A stretch of DNA of 64,000 nt from Acetothermia bacterium 64_32. Lineage in GTDB: Bacteria > Bipolaricaulota > Bipolaricaulia > Bipolaricaulales > Bipolaricaulaceae. How positions within the stretch are numbered: position 1 is the first letter of the stretch; each line of letters opens with the position of its first letter. The DNA lies in assembly GCA_001508155.1 (NCBI GenBank), contig LGFI01000006.1, forward strand, positions 35,157 through 99,156, written 5' to 3'. Shown one piece after another: positions 17,039-26,826 of this stretch. Made by a program: the position numbers and the translations under genes. The notes under the pieces were generated by a model. That model was not told where the DNA came from. It saw only the letters and a list, made by a program, of their open reading frames with translations, and searched no databases.

Positions 17039-18688
17039 ATGGAGGACGCGCTCGACGCCAGCGACGTACGCCTGTTCAGCCGCGGGGATACGGTCACTGG
17101 CACGGTGGTAGAGGAGACCGAAGGCGAGTTCCTGGTCGACATCGGCTACAAGTCCGAGGCCCTCCTTCCCAAAGGGGAGCTGGCCCCGTTCCACGACCAG
17201 GTCTCCCCAGGGGAGGAGCTGGAGGTCATCGTCACCTACATCGACGAGGAAAACGGGACCGTCTTCGTCTCGGAGCGCCAGGCCTTCTTTGCCAAGAGGT
17301 ACGCGGAGCTGGAACGGGCCTATAGGTCGGGCGCGCCCGTCAAGGGGAAGGTCGTCGAGGAGGTGAAAGGCGCAGGATACCAGGTGAGCTTGGGCGGGAT
17401 CAGGGCGTTCTTGCCCGGCTCCCACCTGGGCAAGGGGATCTCCACCAAGTTCGAACGGCTTAAGGACAAAGAGCTCGACCTGAAGATCATTGAGTTCTCC
17501 CGCCGGGACAGGAACATCGTGGTATCCCGCCGCGAGTACCTTAAGGACCTGGAGGAACAGAAAAAGCGGGAACTCTTCTCCTCCCTCACCCCGGGGAAGG
17601 TCCTGGAGGGGAAGATAAAGAGCGTGGTCGACTTCGGGATATTCGTGGACGTGGGCGGCTACGATGGGCTGGTACACCGGACCGAGATCTGCTGGAAGGA
17701 CATCCCCGTCCCCCCCCAGGACAAATACAGGCCTGGACAAAAGGTGCGGGTGATGGTCCTGGAGGCGGACCCGGAAGAGGAACGCATCTCCCTTTCCATC
17801 AAGCGCCTGCGCCCTGACCCTTGGATCGGGATCGCGGATCGCTACCCCCCCGGCACCCGCGTCACCGGAAAGGTGGTCTCCGTCACCGACTTCGGCGCGT
17901 TTGTGGAGCTGGAAGAGGACGTGGAGGGGTTGGTGCACGTCTCCGAGCTTTCCTGGGGGTTCCCTAAGCACCCCAAGGAGGTGGTGCAGGAAGGGGACAC
18001 GGTGGACGTGGTGGTGCTCGGAGTGGACGAGAAGAAAAAACGCATCTCCCTCTCCCTGCGGAGGACCCTGCCCGACCCCTGGGAGGACGTGGAGCACCGC
18101 TATCCCCGGGGGGCTTTGGTGGAGGGCAAGGTCACCAAGATCACCGAGTTCGGGGCCTTCGTGGAGTTGGAGGAGGGGGTGGAGGGCCTGATCCACGTCT
18201 CGGAGCTCTCTTGGAAGCGCATCTCTCATCCTAAGGAGCTCATGGAGGAAGGGCAGACCGTTCGGGCCATGGTGCTCAAGGTGGATCAGGGCCAGCGGCG
18301 GATCAGCCTGTCGGTCAAGGCCCTGGAGCAGGACCCCTGGGAGCAGTTCCTGGAACAGTATTCCGTGGGGTCGGTGGTCTCGGGGCCGGTGACCCAGATC
18401 AAGGACTTCGGGGCGTTTGTGCGCATCACGCCGGCGGTGGAGGGGCTGATCCACGTGTCCGAGATCGCCCAAGAGCGCATAAACACCCCCTCGGAGGTGC
18501 TACGGCTGGGCCAAGAGGTGACCGCCAAGATCATCGGGATAAACGAGGCCAAGCGACAGGTGCGGCTTTCCATCCGCAAGCTTCAGGAGGAAGCGGCCGA
18601 ATCGGAGAAGGAGCGGTTCATCCAAGGCCCTGGCCGGGAGACCGTAACCCTGCGGGAGCACCTCAAGGGCCTGTCCGGGGAGGGGTGA
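17039..18688 (+). CDS. rpsA: 30S ribosomal protein S1
   Basis: Six S1 repeats with recurring GxV..ItdFGaFVel..gveGLiHvSE. ATG at 17039; the ORF track gives an alternative GTG at 16979. Confidence 0.9.
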   Translation: MEDALDASDVRLFSRGDTVTGTVVEETEGEFLVDIGYKSEALLPKGELAPFHDQVSPGEELEVIVTYIDEENGTVFVSERQAFFAKRYAELERAYRSGAPVKGKVVEEVKGAGYQVSLGGIRAFLPGSHLGKGISTKFERLKDKELDLKIIEFSRRDRNIVVSRREYLKDLEEQKKRELFSSLTPGKVLEGKIKSVVDFGIFVDVGGYDGLVHRTEICWKDIPVPPQDKYRPGQKVRVMVLEADPEEERISLSIKRLRPDPWIGIADRYPPGTRVTGKVVSVTDFGAFVELEEDVEGLVHVSELSWGFPKHPKEVVQEGDTVDVVVLGVDEKKKRISLSLRRTLPDPWEDVEHRYPRGALVEGKVTKITEFGAFVELEEGVEGLIHVSELSWKRISHPKELMEEGQTVRAMVLKVDQGQRRISLSVKALEQDPWEQFLEQYSVGSVVSGPVTQIKDFGAFVRITPAVEGLIHVSEIAQERINTPSEVLRLGQEVTAKIIGINEAKRQVRLSIRKLQEEAAESEKERFIQGPGRETVTLREHLKGLSGEG

Positions 18689-19022
18689 GCCCCTCTGGGA
18701 GCACTACCATCGCCACGGCGAAGCTGTCCGTATGGCTGAGGGAAAGTGGGTAACAGTTTCCTTGCCAGCGGAGGGAGGGTTTGCGGCCTGTTGAGACGAC
18801 CTCCAGCTCCCGGAAGGGGACCGGGCGGCCCAAGGCTTTGATGAACGCCTCCTTGGCGGCCAGCCGCGCGGCCAGCCGCTGGTAAGAGAGCGGGGGGCGG
18901 GCACGCAAGGCGTAGTTGATTTCGTCTGGGGAGAAGAGCCGGGTCAGGAAGCGCTCCCCCCTCCTTTCCACAAGGTCCCTTACGCGGGCCACCTCAACAA
19001 GATCGATCCCGAGGCTCAACAT
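18663..19022 (-). CDS. acpS: Holo-[acyl-carrier-protein] synthase
   Basis: MLSLGIDLVEV...AAKEAFIKALG...SLSHTDSFAVAMVVL is classic AcpS. It is the C-terminal part of the ORF-track ORF 18663..19679, which I do not accept as one gene. ATG at 19022. Confidence 0.8.
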   Translation of the reverse strand: MLSLGIDLVEVARVRDLVERRGERFLTRLFSPDEINYALRARPPLSYQRLAARLAAKEAFIKALGRPVPFRELEVVSTGRKPSLRWQGNCYPLSLSHTDSFAVAMVVLPEGLTPPRTGP

Positions 19023-19639
19023 CGGGTGATACGCCTGCGCTCGGCGATCACGATCGCCTCCAGCTGCCGCACGGCCTCCTCCAGTCGATCGTTCACCACA
19101 AGGTAGTGAAACTCGGGGATGTGGCGGACCTCCTCCCTGGCGATGGCAAGCCGCGCGTCGAGGGCCTTTTCTGACTCCGTGCCCCGGGCCCTGATGCGGG
19201 CGGCGAGCTCCTCCCAGGTGGGGGGGATCATGAACACCAGCACCACCGGGTAAGGGAGGCCGGCCCGGGCGATGGCCAAGGCCCCCCGTACCTCCACATT
19301 GAGCAGCACATCCCTTCCTTGTGCCAACACATCCACCACCTGGCTGCGGGGGGTCCCGTAGCGGTGGCCCTGGTACTCGGTCCACTCCAAAAGCTCCCCC
19401 CGCTGGATCAAGCCATCGAACTCCTCCTCTGAAAGGAAGTAGTAGTCCCGCCCATGCACCTCCCCGGGCCGCCGGGGCCGGGTGGTGGCCGAGACCGAAA
19501 ACGAAAGACGCCCGTCCCGCCGCAGGAGCTCCCCGATCACCGAGGACTTCCCGGCCCCCGAGGGGCCGGTGACCACAAAGGCAATCCCCCCCTCCCCCTG
19601 AACCCCCCACCCCTCCGGTAGAAACCCTCGCCCCGTCAT
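19016..19639 (-). CDS. gmk: Guanylate kinase
   Basis: VVTGPSGAGKSS P-loop and the guanylate kinase fold motifs. The true start may be internal. Confidence 0.9.
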   Translation of the reverse strand: MTGRGFLPEGWGVQGEGGIAFVVTGPSGAGKSSVIGELLRRDGRLSFSVSATTRPRRPGEVHGRDYYFLSEEEFDGLIQRGELLEWTEYQGHRYGTPRSQVVDVLAQGRDVLLNVEVRGALAIARAGLPYPVVLVFMIPPTWEELAARIRARGTESEKALDARLAIAREEVRHIPEFHYLVVNDRLEEAVRQLEAIVIAERRRITRC

Positions 19640-20493
19640 TCCACGTTGCGGGCTTGTTCCCGGATTCGCTCGGCGGCAAGGCGGATCGCCAAGGCGGTCT
19701 TGCCCAAGGCCGTCGAGCGGGCCTTGGCCGAAAGGGTCCCCGCCTCCCGCCCCAGTTCCTGGGCCAGGAACTCCAGCTCCCTGCCCACCGGCCCCCGCTC
19801 CTTGAGGAGCTCCCGCAACCGCCTTGTATGGGAAGCCAGCCGATCCAGCTCCTCGGTCACGTCAGCCCGCTCGGCCCACAGCACCAGCTCCTGTTCCAGC
19901 CGCCCGGGATCGGCCTCGATCTCAAGCTCCCTCAGGCGGGCCCGCAGCCTGCCCCCCACCTGCTCTAGGGCCGCCGGGGCCTCCTCCCGGGCTTGGGATA
20001 ACAACTCCTCTAGCACGTCGGCCTCCCGGGCCAGCGCCTCGGCCAGACGTTCCCCTTCGGCCTCCCGTGCCGCCAGCACCCCAGCGATCGCCTGCTCCAG
20101 CGCCTCACTTAACCCAGGCCAAAGCACCTCCTCCTCAGGGAGGATCTCTTGAAAGGCGCCCAGGCTGATGAGATGCGAAAGCCCTGGTTCCTCCTTGATT
20201 GCAAGCTCCTTCCTTACCTGGGAAAGATCGGCCACAAGTCGGCGGGCTGCCTCTAAATTGAGCCGTCTTGGTCGAACTTCTCCGCAAAGTTCCCAGCGTA
20301 CAGTGAGTTCCAGGGCCCCTCGGGTGAAGGCCTCCCGCAATTTCTCCTCGCAGCGATGGGCCAATTCCGGTAGCTCGGAAAGCCCTCTAACCCGCACCTC
20401 CAAGAAGCGGTGGTTTACCGACCTCAGGTCGCACTGAACGAGGAACCCGCCCGAGCAGGCCCGACCGCGGCCGAAGCCGGTCATGCTAAGCAT
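19636..20493 (-). CDS. yicC: YicC family stress-induced protein
   Basis: N-terminal MLSMTGFGRG and a C-terminal DUF1732-like region. The yicC-gmk linkage is common. Confidence 0.8.
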   Translation of the reverse strand: MLSMTGFGRGRACSGGFLVQCDLRSVNHRFLEVRVRGLSELPELAHRCEEKLREAFTRGALELTVRWELCGEVRPRRLNLEAARRLVADLSQVRKELAIKEEPGLSHLISLGAFQEILPEEEVLWPGLSEALEQAIAGVLAAREAEGERLAEALAREADVLEELLSQAREEAPAALEQVGGRLRARLRELEIEADPGRLEQELVLWAERADVTEELDRLASHTRRLRELLKERGPVGRELEFLAQELGREAGTLSAKARSTALGKTALAIRLAAERIREQARNVE

Positions 20494-21322
20494 CTTCCCC
20501 CCGGAAGAGCACCGCCGCGTAGCCCACCACCTGGTCCCGCATCCCCGCGACCTCCCCCGAGGTACGATAGGAAAGGAGCTTTGCCCTCAGGCCTGCCTTC
20601 TTGGCAAAGGAGATTAGGATCCCTACAGCACCCACCCCGCAGATGCTGATCCTGTGCCTTTCCACCGCCTCCAGGAAGCCCTCCAGGTCCAGGTTCAGGA
20701 TCTCGGCCAGGGCCCGTTGATCCTTCTTGCGGGCCACCTCATCGGGCTCGTAGTGGGTGAAGTCCGAGGAGGCGATCACGGCCACCGGGCGATGAGCAAG
20801 CACGGTTGCCAGTGCCTGGCCCACCTCCTGGCAGAGACGGGGGCCATGGGAACGGACCACGGCGGGGACAAACGGTATGGGACCAAACAGGTACCGGAGG
20901 AAGGGGAGCTGGACCTCCACGGAGTGTTCTTCCAGGAACGGGAGGTTGGTCCGTTCTGCCCCGGTGGCCAGCTGGAGCTCCCGGGAAAGCCCCTCGTCCA
21001 CCGGGAGGGGGCCGAGGGGGGTGGCCCATTCCCCCGGCTCCCCCAGCACCAGGGGGCCTCCCAGGCCGGTGTGGTTTGTGCCCAAAATGACCACTTGTTC
21101 GGGCCTGCCGAGCCCCCACAGGGCGCGGAAGCCCGCCCCGGCCACCGGCCCTGAGTACAGGTAGCCGGCGTGGGGGAGGATGAGCCCCACTGGGCCAGAA
21201 AGCGGAGGGGGTGGAGGGCCGAGCTCCGCACCCCCACCCAGGCAAGCCTCCACCTCCCTGCGCAGGGCCAGGGGATCGGAGGGATAAAACGTGCCGGCCG
21301 CACATGGCCTTCTCAGCGCCAT
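20486..21322 (-). CDS. MEMO1 family protein (AmmeMemoRadiSam system protein B-like)
   Basis: Motifs LPHAGYLYSGPVAG and SSDFTHYEP typical of the Memo/extradiol-dioxygenase-like fold. Confidence 0.7.
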   Translation of the reverse strand: MALRRPCAAGTFYPSDPLALRREVEACLGGGAELGPPPPPLSGPVGLILPHAGYLYSGPVAGAGFRALWGLGRPEQVVILGTNHTGLGGPLVLGEPGEWATPLGPLPVDEGLSRELQLATGAERTNLPFLEEHSVEVQLPFLRYLFGPIPFVPAVVRSHGPRLCQEVGQALATVLAHRPVAVIASSDFTHYEPDEVARKKDQRALAEILNLDLEGFLEAVERHRISICGVGAVGILISFAKKAGLRAKLLSYRTSGEVAGMRDQVVGYAAVLFRGEDA

Positions 21323-21370
21323 CGAAAACAGATTGTATGGGAGCCTCCCCTGCCGAACAACGCCGCCTGG

Positions 21371-22228
21371 CTACCCCCTCCTAAGGCGAGCCAGCCTGAC
21401 GTGGGGCAACATGATGCCCACGAAGATGAGCGCGGCGCCCAGGATCTGGGGCCCGGCCAGCGACTCCCCTAAAAGCAGCCAGCCGAACAGGGCGGCGAAG
21501 GCGGGCTCGGTGGAGAGCACGATGGCGGTGTAGCTGGCGGTGGAGCGCCGCTGTACCCAACTCAGCAGGAAGAAGGCCAGGGTGCTGGCCAGGGTCCCGG
21601 TGACCAGGATGGCCCGCCAGGCCACCCAGGACAGGGAGAGGGTTGGCTCCTCCCAGGTGGCGGCGCCCGCCAGGGAGAGCAAGGCCACGACCCCCAGCTG
21701 GGCGGGGAGCATGGTGAGGAAATCCCCCTTTTTTGTGTACCGGTCAAGCAGCACCAGGTACAGGGCGAAGGCCAGGGCACAGATCAGGGTGAGCAGGTCC
21801 CCGAACCCGGTGGGGCCCAAGGCAGCCTCCCCGCCCAGCACCAAGAGCACCAGGCCACCTGCCGCCAAGCCCACCCCGGCCCAGGTCTTGGCGGGGGTGC
21901 GCTGGCCGAGCAGGTAGGCGATGGGGGGCACCAGTACCACGGAAAGTCCGGTTATGAGCCCAGATTTTTGGGCGGTGGTGTAGACCAAGCCCCAGGTCTG
22001 GAAGTAATAACCGAGGAACAGGGTGAGCCCCACGATGGCCCCCCTGCCCCAGTCCGCCCCCCGGGTGCGGTGGAGCCTTCCGGCGAGCAAGAGGAGGGAA
22101 AGCAGGGTGGCCAAGGAGAACCTCAATCCCAGGAACCAAAACGGCCCCACCTCCGCCACCCCCTCCTTCACCAGGACGAACGTCCAACCCCAGATACAGG
22201 TGGCCAAAAGCAGGGCCAGGGTCCCCAT
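21371..22228 (-). CDS. EamA/DMT family transporter
   Basis: Ten TM helices in two EamA repeats. Confidence 0.75.
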   Translation of the reverse strand: MGTLALLLATCIWGWTFVLVKEGVAEVGPFWFLGLRFSLATLLSLLLLAGRLHRTRGADWGRGAIVGLTLFLGYYFQTWGLVYTTAQKSGLITGLSVVLVPPIAYLLGQRTPAKTWAGVGLAAGGLVLLVLGGEAALGPTGFGDLLTLICALAFALYLVLLDRYTKKGDFLTMLPAQLGVVALLSLAGAATWEEPTLSLSWVAWRAILVTGTLASTLAFFLLSWVQRRSTASYTAIVLSTEPAFAALFGWLLLGESLAGPQILGAALIFVGIMLPHVRLARLRRG

Positions 22229-23313
22229 CAGGCGCAGACAAAATGGATCACATCCCCGTCCCTCACCAGGTAATCCCGGCCCGCACGGGTGATCTTCCCC
22301 TGCTCCCGCAACGCCTTTTCGGAGCCGGCGGCCAAAAGCTCCTCCAGGTCCATCACCTCAGCCAGGACGAACCGATCCCGGAAGTCGGAGTGGATGACCC
22401 CGCCCGCCTCCGGGGCGGTGGTGCCCTGGGGGACGGTCCAGGCCCGCACCTCCGACCCCGCGAACGTGTAGAAGGTCACCAACGAGAGGAGCCCGTAGGC
22501 CGCCCGGGTGAGCCGGACCAGGGCGGATTCGGCGAGGCCCCACTCCGAGAGGAACGCCCGCCGCTCCTCCTCCCCCTCGGCCGCCTCGGCCACCTCCGCC
22601 TCCAACCTCCCCCGGATGACCACACACCCTGCCCCCCGCTCCCGGGCCAGCCGCTCCACCTCCGCCGAGAGCTCGTTCTCCCCCTCGTCCCCCACGTTGG
22701 CGACGAACAGGACCGGCTTGGCCGTAAGGGGGGAAAGGTCCCGGAGGCGCGCGAGGTCCTCCTCCGGGAGCCCCAGGGCCCGGATCGGGGTCCCCTCCCC
22801 CACCGCCCGGATCAGCCCCTCGATGAGTTCCAGTTCCTTCTTGGCTTCCTTGTCGCCGGTCTGGGCCAGCTTCCTTATGCGGGCCCGCCTCCTTTCCAGG
22901 GTCTCAAGATCCTTTAAAAGGAGCTCGGCCTCCACGATCTCGATGTCAGTTCGGACGTCCAGGCTCCCTGTGGGGTGGGAGACCTCCGGGTCCTGGAAGC
23001 AGCGCACCACATGTAAGATGGCGTCCACCCCCCGGATCTCCGAGAGAAACTGGTTCCCAAGGCCCTCCCCTTGAGAGGCGCCCTTTACCAGCCCAGCGAT
23101 GTCCACCACCTCGATGGCCGCCGGCACCTTCTTCTTCTCCGGGAACAGGGAGTGGAGGGCGTCCAGGCGGTCATCCGGGACCGGAGCCACCCCGTGGTGG
23201 GGCTCGATGGTGCAGAAGGGGTAGGCCTCCACCTTGGCCCCGGCGGCGGTGAGGGCGTTAAAGATGGTGGATTTCCCCGCATTGGGCAAGCCCACCAGCC
23301 CGAAGCTCTTCAC
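22228..23313 (-). CDS. ychF: Redox-regulated ATPase YchF (Obg-family GTPase)
   Basis: [13 protein letters not shown]-loop and a TGS-like C-terminus. Confidence 0.95.
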   Translation of the reverse strand: MKSFGLVGLPNAGKSTIFNALTAAGAKVEAYPFCTIEPHHGVAPVPDDRLDALHSLFPEKKKVPAAIEVVDIAGLVKGASQGEGLGNQFLSEIRGVDAILHVVRCFQDPEVSHPTGSLDVRTDIEIVEAELLLKDLETLERRRARIRKLAQTGDKEAKKELELIEGLIRAVGEGTPIRALGLPEEDLARLRDLSPLTAKPVLFVANVGDEGENELSAEVERLARERGAGCVVIRGRLEAEVAEAAEGEEERRAFLSEWGLAESALVRLTRAAYGLLSLVTFYTFAGSEVRAWTVPQGTTAPEAGGVIHSDFRDRFVLAEVMDLEELLAAGSEKALREQGKITRAGRDYLVRDGDVIHFVCA

Positions 23314-24179
23314 CTAAGCCTCTCCCTTACCAGCTCTGCCACCTGGGCCGGGGTCCTGGCCACCGGGATCCCCCGGGACTCGAGGCGCTGGGCCTTGGCC
23401 TCGGCGGTGCCCTCGGTCCCGGAGATGATGGCCCCGGCGTGGCCCATCCGCTTCCCCGGCGGGGCGGAAAAGCCAGCTATGTAGGCCACCACAGGCTTTT
23501 CCATGTTCTGGGCAACGTAGTCGGCCGCCTCCTCCTCGGCGGCCCCACCGATCTCCCCCACCAGCACCACCAGCTCCGTCTCCGGGTCCTCCTCGAAGAG
23601 GGGCAGGAGCTCCACGAAGGTGGAGCCGATGATGGGGTCGCCGCCGATCCCCACCACCGTGGACTGGCCGATCCCGGCCCGGGAAAGATGGGAGGCGATC
23701 TCGTAGGTTAGGGTGCCGCTTCGGGAGATGATCCCCACCGGCCCGGGGGAGAAGACCTCGCCGGGCATGATCCCGACTTTGGACTTCCCGGGGGAGATGA
23801 GCCCCGGGCAGTTGGGGCCGATGAGGCGGGCCCCGTAGCCCCTGATCAGGTGGTAGGCCCGCAGCATGTCGTGCAGGGGGATCCCCTCGGTGATGCAAAC
23901 GAGCAGGGGGATCCCGGCTTCGGCCGCCTCCAGCATGGCGTCACAGGCGAAGGGGGCGGGCACGAATAGGATGGAGGCGTCAGCCCTGTGGTCCTCCACG
24001 GCCTGGCGCACGGAGTCGTAGACCGGGATCCCCTCGAAGGACTGCCCCCCCTTCCCCGGGGTGACCCCGGCCACCACCTTGGTGCCATAGGCCAACATCT
24101 GTTTGGTGTGAAAGGCCCCTTCGCTCCCCGTCATCCCCTGAACCAAAACGCGCGTTGCCTCGTTCACAAGGATTGCCAC
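23310..24179 (-). CDS. sucD: Succinate--CoA ligase [ADP/GDP-forming] subunit alpha
   Basis: Motifs GMTGSEG, IGPNCPG and SRSGTLTYE, with the phospho-His loop. No sucC is adjacent. Confidence 0.95.
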   Translation of the reverse strand: MAILVNEATRVLVQGMTGSEGAFHTKQMLAYGTKVVAGVTPGKGGQSFEGIPVYDSVRQAVEDHRADASILFVPAPFACDAMLEAAEAGIPLLVCITEGIPLHDMLRAYHLIRGYGARLIGPNCPGLISPGKSKVGIMPGEVFSPGPVGIISRSGTLTYEIASHLSRAGIGQSTVVGIGGDPIIGSTFVELLPLFEEDPETELVVLVGEIGGAAEEEAADYVAQNMEKPVVAYIAGFSAPPGKRMGHAGAIISGTEGTAEAKAQRLESRGIPVARTPAQVAELVRERLR

Positions 24180-24296
24180 CCTGTTTCACCTCACGTTGGT
24201 GGCAAGGATAGGCCCCCAGCCCCTGTGGGGCAAGTCAGGTGGCTTGACGGCCACCGGGAGCCGATTAGACTTAACCCACCCCGGGTGGGATTGTCG

Positions 24297-24590
24297 ATGG
24301 AATACATGGGGAGTTTGCGAGAGGAGCCCCGGCTCAAGGCCCAGCTTTTGCGGCAGATCCGCACCGCCGAAGGGCACCTGGCGGGCATCCGCAAGATGGT
24401 GGAGAACGACCAGTACTGTGTGGACATCCTCAAGCAGATCGCGGCCGTGCAGGGGATCCTGTCCGGGGCAGCCCGGGAGCTGGCCCGCTCCCACACCCGG
24501 CACTGCGTGCGCCGGGCCATCCAGGAGGGCAAGGGCGACATGGCCATCGACGAGCTCTTCGAGGCCCTCAAGTACCTGAAGCACTTTTAA
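24297..24590 (+). CDS. csoR: CsoR/RcnR family metal-sensing transcriptional repressor
   Basis: LRQIRTAEGHLAGIRKMVENDQYCVDILKQIAAVQ (DUF156). Confidence 0.85.
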   Translation: MEYMGSLREEPRLKAQLLRQIRTAEGHLAGIRKMVENDQYCVDILKQIAAVQGILSGAARELARSHTRHCVRRAIQEGKGDMAIDELFEALKYLKHF

Positions 24591-24594
24591 AGTA

Positions 24595-24622
24595 AAAGGG
24601 GGCTTCAGGTAAAGCCCCCTTT
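24595..24622. terminator. Bidirectional rho-independent terminator (AAAGGGGGCTT-CAGGTA-AAGCCCCCTTT)
   Basis: 11-bp perfect stem flanked by an A-run and a T-run. It sits between the convergent csoR and metalloprotease genes. Confidence 0.6.
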
Positions 24623-24634
24623 CCAGACCGGATT

Positions 24635-25390
24635 TCAGTCCATGATGTCCGGGGTTCCCGAGCAGATGCCAAGCCCCCAGTACAAAAGTGGGTTGGAGGC
24701 GTTACGACAGTTCTTGGCGCTCTGCACGTTTGGGTTGTCGCAACAAAAGCCGCTCGGCTCCATGTTCGAGCCCGGAGTGCTCGCTGCCAGCCCACCGGAT
24801 GGGCCGGGCGGATGTGCCAGGTTCAGCGCGTGCCCCAACTCATGAGCAAGATGGTAGTAATTGACCGCCCCGGTTTGACAAGGAGGGCATGGAGGACAGG
24901 TCGCAGGGCAGTAACCAGGGCAAGGACATGGGGCAGGGATGCTAAGCTGCTGGTCACAGGTAACGATCTTCGCCGACGCCGTCCCAGATGAAAAGCACGC
25001 CCCACCTCCCCAAGAGCAAGCGAAGTCCATCCTGTCAACTACAAACACTTCCACGGCATCTGCGACGTTTACTTCTGCCAGCAGGCTTATGGCCTCCGCT
25101 TCGCTTTCCAGCACCTTGTATGCTGGTTTATTCAAGTAGATAGGGGTGTTAGAAATTATCTTGATACAACGGACGCTCCCGCACCGATTCCAAAGCTCGG
25201 CGGCCTTCCGGATAAGCGTGGAGAAGACACTCCCGGTGGCGTTGGGATCCGAGGATCCGGTTCCGATGAACACCGGCTGCACCCGTAAGACCTGGGCGGG
25301 GGAGAGGAACCTTGTCCAGGCAAATTCGATGTATACGTGCAAGCTCACGAGCCTCACCACGCCCAGTTTGCGGCCACCCTCATACACCAA
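24635..25390 (-). CDS. Metzincin-like zinc metalloprotease with Cys/Pro-rich segment
   Basis: HELGHALNLAH fits HExxHxxGxxH spacing with Asn in place of Gly. A downstream SNMEP could be the Met-turn. The Cys-rich stretch is CPCPGYCPATCPPCPPC. It lies in the lower-GC island. Confidence 0.55.
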   Translation of the reverse strand: MVYEGGRKLGVVRLVSLHVYIEFAWTRFLSPAQVLRVQPVFIGTGSSDPNATGSVFSTLIRKAAELWNRCGSVRCIKIISNTPIYLNKPAYKVLESEAEAISLLAEVNVADAVEVFVVDRMDFACSWGGGACFSSGTASAKIVTCDQQLSIPAPCPCPGYCPATCPPCPPCQTGAVNYYHLAHELGHALNLAHPPGPSGGLAASTPGSNMEPSGFCCDNPNVQSAKNCRNASNPLLYWGLGICSGTPDIMD

Positions 25391-25460
25391 CCCTCGCTCG
25401 TGGTGCTGGACGAACCAGGTAATCCTCTCAGGTAGCCTATCAGTCGCTTTTGGGAAGAAA

Positions 25461-25679
25461 CTCTATGGGTGGTTTGTACCCCTAGGCGGGGAACTGGAGG
25501 GGGTGTCTGAGGTCAAAAGGCAGGGGCGCGGCTGGCTCCTTCGCCTTTTTCCTGGGACCGAGCCCAAAGACGTCCTACAGTTACTTCTAGCACGGGGGCA
25601 CGATATTAATGAATTCAGAGCTGTAATGCCTAGTTTAGAAGACATATTCGTTCAGGTGGTGGGTGAGGGCCATGAATAG
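25461..25679 (+). pseudogene. Remnant of an ABC transporter ATP-binding protein (C-terminal ~70 aa only)
   Basis: LRLFPGTEPKDVLQLLLARGHDINEFRAVMPSLEDIFVQVVG is an ABC-2 ATPase C-terminal domain. No Walker A, Walker B or signature motif lies upstream in any frame. The region upstream is occupied by the opposite-strand metalloprotease gene. Confidence 0.5.
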
Positions 25680-26658
25680 GTTCTGGGCGGTTGCGCGGCA
25701 TGAGTTTACGGTCACCGTCAGGCGGCGAGGCTTCCTCGGCTTAACCGCCGTCATTCCTCTGCTCATCGGCCTTTTGGCAGCCCAATTGGCGGGAAGACAA
25801 AGTTCGACCCCCGGGGGTGAAACGGTGGTGGGCTTTTGGGACGGGGCTGTTCCGGGGGCAGTGGGAACAGGACCGGGTGACTTACAAACCCTTTCCCAAC
25901 CAGGAGGCCGCGATCCAGGCTTTCTCAAACGGCGAGCTCGATATCTTGATCTTCATCCCCTCCGATTACGTGGAGACAGGCGCCGTGGTCCGAATAGAGC
26001 GTGGAAGAATCGGTCTTCTTCAGGACTTAGCCCCTCCAGGCCTGGATGCCTTCCTTAGGGGCAATCTCCTCCGAGGCGAGGTGTCAAGCGATGTCCTGGA
26101 GAGGATTCAATGGCCCGCACGTGGCACCCTCTTGCAAGTGGACGAGGAAGGACAGCTTTCCCCTCCCCCGGTTTTGGACCCCGGACAGCTGATTTTCTTC
26201 GGTGCGCTGATGGTTATGATTACGTTTTCCGTGCTCACGACGTCGAGTTATTTCTTGGAAGGCCTCAGCGAGGAGAAGGAGAATCGGGTTATGGAAGTCC
26301 TGCTCTCCTCCCTTTCCCCACAGGAATTGATGTTGGGAAAGCTAGTAGGACTGGGAACGGCGGGGTTAATCCGATTAGTGCTCTGGGTGGCATTCGGAGC
26401 AGTGCTGTTGGGCGTGGCCAAGGAAACCTCGCTCACCCTTCCCTCGATGCTTGCGGAGTTGCGCTTCCCTCTCTTCGGCCCGGCCATCTCTGGGTTTCTC
26501 TACTGCTCATGGGCTTGCTACTTGGGGCAGTGGGTGGCGTGACCTCAAGCTACAGGGAGGCTGGGCAAGCCACCGGGCTGGTCATCATCCCCTACATGCT
26601 TCCCCTGTGGCTGTTGAACCCATTGATTCAAAATCCCGACGGAGGATACTTGCAGTGA
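25663..26658 (+). pseudogene. ABC-2 transporter permease disrupted by two frameshifts
   Basis: The permease-like sequence continues across three ORF-track pieces: 25663..26058 in frame 1, 25817..26542 in frame 2, and 26110..26658 in frame 1. The shifts are near G/T homopolymers at about 25850 and about 26505. Confidence 0.55.
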
Positions 26659-26826
26659 GCGCCTGTTTGGCAGTGATCTTCACGCTGAGGCTATTCCGGG
26701 CCCATCTCCTTTCGTACGGGCAAAACCCAGGGATTTTGCGGATCGTCCGCACAATGATATGGGGAGGAGGGAAGCTGGGTATGGGGGGAGCCTGAGCGGT
26801 CAGAACTGGCGCGAGGAGGGTGCTTC

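Noticed and set aside
16970-18472. 500-aa ORF on the minus strand antisense to rpsA
   Set aside because: The translation is low-complexity and Pro/Gly/Arg-rich, typical of antisense frames in high-GC DNA. rpsA on the plus strand has six unmistakable S1 repeats.
18663-19679. 338-aa ORF on the minus strand covering acpS and the gmk region
   Set aside because: Only the C-terminal 119 aa are AcpS. The upstream part is an alternative frame over gmk, which is clearly encoded by the 19016..19639 frame. I split it into acpS and gmk.
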